Part shown: positions 29,665 through 35,709 of the stretch, one piece after another
How the letters are laid out: the number at the start of each line of letters is the position of its first letter
Numbering within the stretch: the first letter of the stretch is position 1
NCBI GenBank assembly: GCA_030150425.1
Contig: JASLFY010000382.1
Location: forward strand, 1-35,709
Direction: 5' to 3'
Length of the DNA stretch: 35,709 nucleotides
Source of the DNA: Yimella sp.
GTDB taxonomy: Bacteria; Actinomycetota; Actinomycetes; Actinomycetales; Dermatophilaceae
Notes under the pieces: model-generated
The model's database searches: none
The model's input: the letters and a program-made list of their open reading frames with translations, nothing else
Told to the model about the DNA's origin: nothing
Program-made: the position numbers and the translations under genes

Positions 29665-30213
29665 ATGTCGACCACATTGGTTCTCGGAGGCACCCGCACC
29701 GGGAAGACGCGTTACGCCGCCCAGCTGTTGTCCCCCGAGACCCGGGTGACGGTGATCCACGCAGGCGGCTCCGCCGCCGAGGGAGAGATCGGCCGCGACG
29801 TCCACGGCCCGCGCGAGTCCCACGACCTGCCGGCCAACTGGGTCACCGCCGAGTCCAACGACGTGACACGCACGATCCTGCGCGGCCGCACCCCGGTCCT
29901 GGTGGACTGCCTCGGCACCTGGGTGCTCGGCCTGCTCGACGCCGCCGACGCCTGGGGTGACCGCGCCGGTGCGCTGCAGGTGGCCGAGGCGGCCGCGTAC
30001 GAGCTGGCCGCTCTGTGGTCCGACGCGCCGTTCGACTGCGTCGCCATCTCGCACGAGGTCGGCATGGGTCTGGTGCCGACCGGCGAGCGCGGCGCGATCT
30101 ACCAGGACGCGCTCGGCCGGGTGAACAGCATCATCGGCGAAGTGAGCACCCGCGTCCATGTGTTGATCGCGGGGCGGGTGCTCGACCTGACCGACGCACC
30201 GGTCGTCGGCTGA
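29665..30213 (+). CDS. cobU: Adenosylcobinamide kinase / adenosylcobinamide-phosphate guanylyltransferase family protein
   Basis: LVLGGTRTGKT, WVTAE, VLVDCLGTW, SHEVGMGLVP, YQDALGRVN. AGGAG RBS. Confidence 0.82.
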   Translation: MSTTLVLGGTRTGKTRYAAQLLSPETRVTVIHAGGSAAEGEIGRDVHGPRESHDLPANWVTAESNDVTRTILRGRTPVLVDCLGTWVLGLLDAADAWGDRAGALQVAEAAAYELAALWSDAPFDCVAISHEVGMGLVPTGERGAIYQDALGRVNSIIGEVSTRVHVLIAGRVLDLTDAPVVG

Positions 30214-30217
30214 GGAA

Positions 30218-31324
30218 TCAGTCGGTTTCGACCTGCACGAACGGCGGCTTCACGACCTTCGCCGGGAGCGCCCGGCCGCGCACGTCGATGACGACCTCGG
30301 CGCCCTCGGTCACGTCGCGGTCCAGCAGCGCCAGCGCGATCCCCTGCTTGAGGGTCGGCGACATGGTGCCCGAGGTGACCTCACCGATGACCTTGCCGTC
30401 GGCGTCCTTGACCTCGCAGTGGGCGCGAGGGATGCCCCGACCGGTGGCCAGCAGGCCCCAGGTCAGGCGGTAGTCCTTCGCCGCCTTCTGCGCCTCGAGG
30501 GCGGACTTGCCCCAGAAGTCGTCCTTCTTCCAGCCGACCGCCCAGCCGGCGCGGGCCATGTTCGGGGTGATGTCCATCGACAGGTCGTTGCCGTGCAACG
30601 GGTATCCCATCTCGGTACGCAGGGTGTCGCGGGCGCCGAGGCCGCACGGCAGACCGTCGTACGGCTGCATCGCCTCGACGAGCGCGTCCCACAGCTCCGT
30701 CGCGTCGTCCCAGCGCGGGACCAGCTCGAAGCCCTTCTCGCCGGTGTAGCCGGAGCGCAGCACGATGACCGGCTTGCCGTTCCAGTCGGCGGTGGTGAAC
30801 GACATGTACTCCAGGTCGGTCGGCAGACCGAGCGCCTGCACGACCTCGATCGAGCGCGGGCCCTGGACCGCGATGACGGCGTAGTCGGTGTGCTGGTCGG
30901 TGACGGTGATTCCGTCGGGCACCTGCTCGTTCATGCGGCGTACGACCTCGGCGGTGTTGGCCGCATTCGGCACGAGGAAGACCTCGTCGTCGCCGTGGAG
31001 GTACTGGATCAGGTCGTCGACGACGCCGCCGGTCGCCGGGTCGCAGCACATCGTGTACTGGGCCTTCGGCGGCTCGATCTTGCGCAGGTCGTTGGTGAAG
31101 CAGGAGTTCACGAAGTCGGCCGCGCCCGGACCCTTCACCAGAGCCTTGCCCAGGTGGCTCACGTCGAAGATGCCGACGCGCTCACGCACCGCGGTGTGCT
31201 CGCGCAGCACGCCGCCGCCGGGGTACTCGATCGGCATGTCCCAGCCACCGAAGTCGGCCATCTTGGCACCGAGCGCCACGTGGCGGTCGTGCAACGGGGA
31301 AGTCTTGCGAGCGTCGTCGGTCAT
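30218..31324 (-). CDS. gcvT: Glycine cleavage system aminomethyltransferase T
   Basis: [56 protein letters not shown]. Confidence 0.96.
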   Translation of the reverse strand: MTDDARKTSPLHDRHVALGAKMADFGGWDMPIEYPGGGVLREHTAVRERVGIFDVSHLGKALVKGPGAADFVNSCFTNDLRKIEPPKAQYTMCCDPATGGVVDDLIQYLHGDDEVFLVPNAANTAEVVRRMNEQVPDGITVTDQHTDYAVIAVQGPRSIEVVQALGLPTDLEYMSFTTADWNGKPVIVLRSGYTGEKGFELVPRWDDATELWDALVEAMQPYDGLPCGLGARDTLRTEMGYPLHGNDLSMDITPNMARAGWAVGWKKDDFWGKSALEAQKAAKDYRLTWGLLATGRGIPRAHCEVKDADGKVIGEVTSGTMSPTLKQGIALALLDRDVTEGAEVVIDVRGRALPAKVVKPPFVQVETD

Positions 31325-31329
31325 GGCGT

Positions 31330-31362
31330 GAACCTATCGCGCTGGATCGGCGCGATAGGTTC
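31330..31362. promoter_or_regulatory. Palindromic divergent promoter region between gcvT and pepA
   Basis: GAACCTATCGCGC-TGGATCG-GCGCGATAGGTTC: a 13-bp inverted repeat carrying an outward-facing TAGGTT in each arm. Confidence 0.6.
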
Positions 31363-31400
31363 GGGATCATCAGATGCCATTCCCGGAGAGGACACCCCAC

Positions 31401-32897
31401 GTGACCACCGTGACCCTGACCGATCGGCAGGCGGACAAGATCTCCGCCCCCGTGCTGGTCGTGATGACCCACCAGCAGGACAAGAAGGCGGTGGTGAGCG
31501 ACGCCGCCCTCGACGACGCGGTGGTCGAAGCGATCAACGCCTCCCTCGAAGCGCTGGAAGCCTCCGGCGCCGCGGACGAGGTCGTACGCCTCACCGGCAT
31601 CGCCGGTGCGCCCGCACTGGTGCTGGCCAGCGGCTCCGGTCTCGACCACGTCGCGACCGACACCGACACCGAGGCCGTACGCCGCGCCGCGGGCGCCGCG
31701 GCCCGTGCGCTGACCGACAAGCCGCACGCCGCGTACGGCTTCCCGTGCAGCACCTCCGCCCTGACCACCGCCACCGTCGAGGGCGCACTGTTCGGGTCGT
31801 ACGAGTACACCGCTTACCGCGCGACCGGCTCCAAGCCGGCTCCGCTGGGCAAGGTCACCGTCAGCTCGCCGGTGTCGAAGGCGTCGGCGACGAAGGCCGG
31901 CGTGAAGCGCGCGCAGGTCGTGGCCGACTCGCAGGCCTGGGCCCGCGACCTGGTCAACCAACCGCCGCTGGACCTGTTCCCGGCGTCGTTCGCCGCCGAG
32001 GCCAAGCGTCGCTTCACCGGCACGGACGTCAAGGTCCAGATCCAGGACGAGAAGCAGCTCGCCAAGGCCAACTGTGGCGGCCTGATCGGTGTCGGCCGCG
32101 GCTCGGCCCGCCCGCCGCGTCTGGTCACCCTCAGCTACAAGCCGGCCCGCGCCAAGGCCCACATCGCCCTCGTCGGCAAGGGCATCACCTTCGACAGCGG
32201 CGGCCTGTGCATCAAGCCGGGCACCGGCATGGTGACGATGAAGTGCGACATGGCCGGCGCCGCCTCGGTGGCCGCCGCGATCGACGCCATCGCCTCTCTC
32301 GGTCTGCCGGTCGCGGTGACCGGTTACCTCTGCCTCGCGGAGAACATGACCGGTTCCGACGCGCAGCGTCCGGGCGACGTCGTCACGATGCCGAACGGCA
32401 AGAGCGTCGAGATCATCAACACCGACGCCGAAGGTCGCCTGGTCATGGCCGACGGTCTCTGCTTCGCCTCGCAGCTCAACCCGGACCTGGTGATCGACGT
32501 CGCGACGCTGACCGGCGCCGCGGTGCTGTCGCTCGGACCGCGCACCACCGCCGTCCTGTCGAACGACGACGCCACCCGCGACGAGGTCATCGCCGCCGCC
32601 GATGCGGCCGGTGAGGCCATGTGGCCGATCCCGCTGCTGGACGAGCTGCGCCCGTCGATGAACTCGCAGGTCGCCGACGTCAAGCACACCGGTGAGCGGA
32701 TGGGCGGCATGATCACCGCCGCTCTGTTCCTGCGCGAATTCGTCGGTGACGACGCCTCCGGCAAGCAGTTGCCCTGGGCCCACCTCGACATCGCCGGTCC
32801 GGCGTTCAACGAGGCGAGCGCGTACGGCTACACCCCGGCCGGCGCGACCGGCCACTCGGTGCGCACCCTGGTCGCCCTCGCGGAGGCCCGCGGCTGA
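31401..32897 (+). CDS. pepA: Leucyl aminopeptidase (M17)
   Basis: VGKGITFDSGG, MKCDMAGAA, NTDAEGRL, ATLTGA, WAHLDIAG. GGAGAGGA RBS before GTG 31401. Confidence 0.96.
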   Translation: MTTVTLTDRQADKISAPVLVVMTHQQDKKAVVSDAALDDAVVEAINASLEALEASGAADEVVRLTGIAGAPALVLASGSGLDHVATDTDTEAVRRAAGAAARALTDKPHAAYGFPCSTSALTTATVEGALFGSYEYTAYRATGSKPAPLGKVTVSSPVSKASATKAGVKRAQVVADSQAWARDLVNQPPLDLFPASFAAEAKRRFTGTDVKVQIQDEKQLAKANCGGLIGVGRGSARPPRLVTLSYKPARAKAHIALVGKGITFDSGGLCIKPGTGMVTMKCDMAGAASVAAAIDAIASLGLPVAVTGYLCLAENMTGSDAQRPGDVVTMPNGKSVEIINTDAEGRLVMADGLCFASQLNPDLVIDVATLTGAAVLSLGPRTTAVLSNDDATRDEVIAAADAAGEAMWPIPLLDELRPSMNSQVADVKHTGERMGGMITAALFLREFVGDDASGKQLPWAHLDIAGPAFNEASAYGYTPAGATGHSVRTLVALAEARG

Positions 32898-32904
32898 CAC
32901 CGCC

Positions 32905-32961
32905 GATGAAGAAGCACTGGGCACCCCGTCGAATCGACGGGGTGCCCAGTGCTTCTTCGTC
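32905..32961. terminator. Bidirectional terminator hairpin between convergent pepA and DUF5302 genes
   Basis: Perfect 25-bp arms, 32908-32932 and 32934-32958, with CTTCTTC at the 3' end on both strands. Confidence 0.85.
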
Positions 32962-32975
32962 CGGACCGGTCGGCC

Positions 32976-33173
32976 TCAGCTGCCGGACTTGCGTCGGAAC
33001 ATCTGCTGCGCTCCGGAGGTCTCCGCACCGTGCGCACCGGCCACCTTGGAGTGGGCCGAGTGGTCGGACACGTCGCGGCCGCCGTGGGCCTTCTTGCGGT
33101 CCAGTGCCTCGCGGAACTTGGCCTTCACGTCGTCGCTCGGGGTCGGGCTCGAGGTGGATTTGTCGTCTGACAC
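32976..33173 (-). CDS. DUF5302 family small basic protein
   Basis: DDVKAKFREALDRKK...FRRKSG. AGGAG RBS before GTG 33173. Confidence 0.82.
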   Translation of the reverse strand: MSDDKSTSSPTPSDDVKAKFREALDRKKAHGGRDVSDHSAHSKVAGAHGAETSGAQQMFRRKSGS

Positions 33174-33381
33174 GGCACTCTCCTGCGTTCGGCGGATCGG
33201 AACTGCCACTGTTGCACGCCGACCGCACAGGTTCCAGCACATTCCGGTTACCGCGCAGTTGACCGACCCGCGTCCGCGCGGCGAGCGGTGAGTGCCAAGA
33301 TGGGCGCGAGCGCCATTACCTGCGGACAAACAGTCCCCCGACGCTCACGAACACGTCCGACCGACGAAGGAGCCCGCCCAG

Positions 33382-34758
33382 ATGGCTGAGACCGACCAGA
33401 CCTACGACCTGGTGATCCTCGGCGGGGGCAGCGGCGGCTACGCCTGCGCTCTGCGTGCGGCGGAGCTGGGACTGTCCGTCGCTCTGGTCGAGAAGGACAA
33501 GCTGGGCGGCACCTGCCTGCACCGCGGATGTATCCCGACCAAGGCGCTGCTGCACGCCGCCGAGGTCGCCGACTCCGCCCGCGAAGGCGCCAAGTTCGGT
33601 GTCAACACCACCTTCGAGTCGATCGACATCGCCGGCGTCCACCGCTACAAGGACGGCGTCATCTCCCGACTGCACAAGGGCCTGCAGGGCCTCGTGAAGT
33701 CGGCCACGATCGACTACGTCGAGGGCGAGGGACGCCTCTCCTCCCCCACCACCGTGACCGTCGGCGACCGTACGCTGACCGGCCGTAACGTCGTGCTCGC
33801 GACCGGGTCGTACGCCAAGACGCTGCCGGGCCTGGAGCTCGGCCCGCGGATCATGACCAGCGACCAGGCGCTGTCCCTCGACTTCGTGCCGAACAAGGTC
33901 GTCGTGCTCGGCGGCGGCGTCATCGGCGTCGAGTTCGCCTCGGTGTTCGCGTCCTTCGGCGCCGAGGTCACGGTCGTCGAGGCCCTCCCCCGGCTGGTCG
34001 CCGCGGAGGACGAAGCGATCTCCAAGCAGCTCGAGCGCAGCTTCAAGAAGCGCAAGATCACCGCGCGCACCGGCGTGAAGTTCGCCGGCGCCACCAGCAC
34101 GGCCGACTCGGTGACCGTCACCCTCGAGGGCGGCGAGACCATCGAGGCCGACCTGCTGCTGGTCGCCGTCGGTCGCGGCCCGGTCACCGACGGGCTCGGC
34201 TACGCCGAGGCCGGCGTGGCCATCGAGCGCGGCTTCGTGACCACCGACGAGCGCCTCAACACCTCCGTCCCGGGCGTCCGCGCCGTGGGCGACATCGTGC
34301 CCGGCCTGCAGTTGGCCCACCGCGGCTTCGCGCAGGGCATCTTCGTGGCCGAGGACATCGCCGGTCTCAACCCGGCGCCGATCGTCGAGTCGACGATCCC
34401 GCGGGTGACGTACTGCGACCCGGAGATCGCGTCCGTCGGTCTGACCGAGCAGCAGGCGCGGCAGACCTACGACGAGGTGTCGACGTACGACTACAACCTC
34501 GGCGGCAACGGCAAGAGCCAGATCCTCGGCACGCAGGGCTTCGTGAAGCTCGTGCGCGCCGGTGACGGCGCGGTCGTCGGCGTCCACATGATCGGCGCCC
34601 GGATGGGTGAGCAGGTCGGTGAGGCGCAGCTCATCGTCGGCTGGGAAGCGCTGCCGGACGACGTCGCGGCGCTCATCCACGCCCACCCCACCCAGAACGA
34701 GGCCCTCGGCGAGGCACATCTCGCGTTGGCCGGTAAGCCCCTGCATGCGCATGCATGA
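33382..34758 (+). CDS. lpdA: Dihydrolipoyl dehydrogenase (E3)
   Basis: [45 protein letters not shown] before ATG 33382. Confidence 0.97.
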   Translation: MAETDQTYDLVILGGGSGGYACALRAAELGLSVALVEKDKLGGTCLHRGCIPTKALLHAAEVADSAREGAKFGVNTTFESIDIAGVHRYKDGVISRLHKGLQGLVKSATIDYVEGEGRLSSPTTVTVGDRTLTGRNVVLATGSYAKTLPGLELGPRIMTSDQALSLDFVPNKVVVLGGGVIGVEFASVFASFGAEVTVVEALPRLVAAEDEAISKQLERSFKKRKITARTGVKFAGATSTADSVTVTLEGGETIEADLLLVAVGRGPVTDGLGYAEAGVAIERGFVTTDERLNTSVPGVRAVGDIVPGLQLAHRGFAQGIFVAEDIAGLNPAPIVESTIPRVTYCDPEIASVGLTEQQARQTYDEVSTYDYNLGGNGKSQILGTQGFVKLVRAGDGAVVGVHMIGARMGEQVGEAQLIVGWEALPDDVAALIHAHPTQNEALGEAHLALAGKPLHAHA

Positions 34759-34802
34759 GACAAAACTGGACCTCAGCGACACAACCCAAGGAGACTGCAC
34801 CT

Positions 34803-35709
34803 ATGTCTGAACGCGTGACGATGCCCGCCCTCGGTGAATCCGTGACGGAAGGCACGGTCACTCGATGGTTGAAGTCTGTCGGTGAAGAGGTCGCCGTCGA
34901 CGAGCCGCTGCTCGAGGTCTCGACCGACAAGGTCGACACCGAGATCCCCTCGCCGATCGCCGGCACCCTGCAGGAGATCCTGGTCCAGGAGGACGAAACC
35001 GTTCCGGTCGGCGCCGACCTCGCCGTGATCGGTGACGGTGCCGCCGCCGGCTCCGGTGACTCCGCCCCGGCCGAGCAGCCCGCCGCATCGGCACCGGCCG
35101 AGCAGCCCGCCGAGTCCGCTCCCGCCGAGCAGCCGGCCCCCGCGCCGGAGCAGGCCGCCCCGCAGCAGGAGCAGGCGCCGCAGGCCTCCGGTGGCGAGGT
35201 CACCGGTGGCGAGACCATCACGATGCCCGCGCTGGGCGAGTCGGTGACCGAGGGCACTATTACCCGCTGGCTCAAGGCCGAGGGTGACGACGTCGCCGTC
35301 GACGAGCCGCTGCTCGAGGTCTCGACCGACAAGGTCGACACCGAGGTGCCGTCGCCCGTCGCCGGCAAGCTGACCAAGATCCTGGTGCAGGAGGACGAGA
35401 CCGTTCCGGTCGGCGCTGAACTGGCGATCGTCGGTGGCGAGGCCGCCGCCGCTCCGGCCGCGTCGCAGCAGGAAGCTCCGCAGCAGGAGGCCCCGGCCGC
35501 TCCGGCTCCGCAGGAGGCCCCGAAGCAGGACGCTCCCGCCGCCCCGGCTCCGGCTCCCGCCCCGGCCGCCCCGGCCGCCCCGGCTCCGGCCGCGCAGGAG
35601 GCTCCGAAGCAGGACGCTCCGGCCGCCTCGGGTGACGCCGGCAACTACGTCACCCCGCTGGTCCGCAAGCTCGCCGCCGACAACGGCGTCGACCTGGCCA
35701 CGGTGAAGG
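34803..35709 (+). CDS. sucB: Dihydrolipoamide acyltransferase E2 (SucB/DlaT), runs off window edge
   Basis: Not in ORF track. ATG 34803 with [27 protein letters not shown]...[10 protein letters not shown] occurs twice, with Ala/Pro/Glu/Gln linkers and [10 protein letters not shown] (start of E3-binding domain). Confidence 0.93.
   Translation, partial: MSERVTMPALGESVTEGTVTRWLKSVGEEVAVDEPLLEVSTDKVDTEIPSPIAGTLQEILVQEDETVPVGADLAVIGDGAAAGSGDSAPAEQPAASAPAEQPAESAPAEQPAPAPEQAAPQQEQAPQASGGEVTGGETITMPALGESVTEGTITRWLKAEGDDVAVDEPLLEVSTDKVDTEVPSPVAGKLTKILVQEDETVPVGAELAIVGGEAAAAPAASQQEAPQQEAPAAPAPQEAPKQDAPAAPAPAPAPAAPAAPAPAAQEAPKQDAPAASGDAGNYVTPLVRKLAADNGVDLATVK
34890..35345 (+). repeat. Intragenic duplication of the lipoyl domain
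   Basis: An identical 54-nt block occurs at 34890-34943 and 35292-35345. Confidence 0.85.

Noticed and set aside
35040..35640. Short tandem repeats as a CRISPR array or VNTR element
   Set aside because: They are in-frame Ala/Pro/Glu/Gln linker codons of E2, with no repeat-spacer structure or cas genes.

Overview
High-GC (about 70%, by eye) actinobacterial chromosomal core region, probably Micrococcales-like (inferred from gene order and protein style). Left to right: truncated class II DAHP synthase; a lipid/sugar block (acyltransferase, esterase, EEP phosphatase, two tandem ROK kinases, Cys-motif protein, degenerate ArsA/Get3-like protein, SRPBCC protein); a DEDD-exonuclease/UvrC-like repair gene; trpD; the cytochrome bcc-aa3 genes (ctaE-qcrCAB and ctaC-ctaD-ctaF) with three accessory genes between them; aat, adenosine kinase-like, erpA, degenerate glycerate kinase, M20 dipeptidase, DUF3043, DUF937, malic enzyme, orphan cobU, gcvT, pepA, lpdA and the start of sucB/dlaT. 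I saw no mobile element, CRISPR, tRNA or rRNA, and no clearly new multi-gene system. The best leads are non-coding or sub-genic: (1) two back-to-back RecA-NDp/PafBC DNA-damage promoters, one pointing at an uncharacterised 76-aa 4-Cys protein; (2) a structured, RBS-sequestering 5' leader on the malic enzyme gene; (3) an apparent excess of the palindrome CGTACG; (4) a palindromic bidirectional gcvT/pepA promoter; (5) several intact ORFs with degenerate catalytic motifs. Family names come from motif recognition, not database searches. Many start codons were refined by eye.
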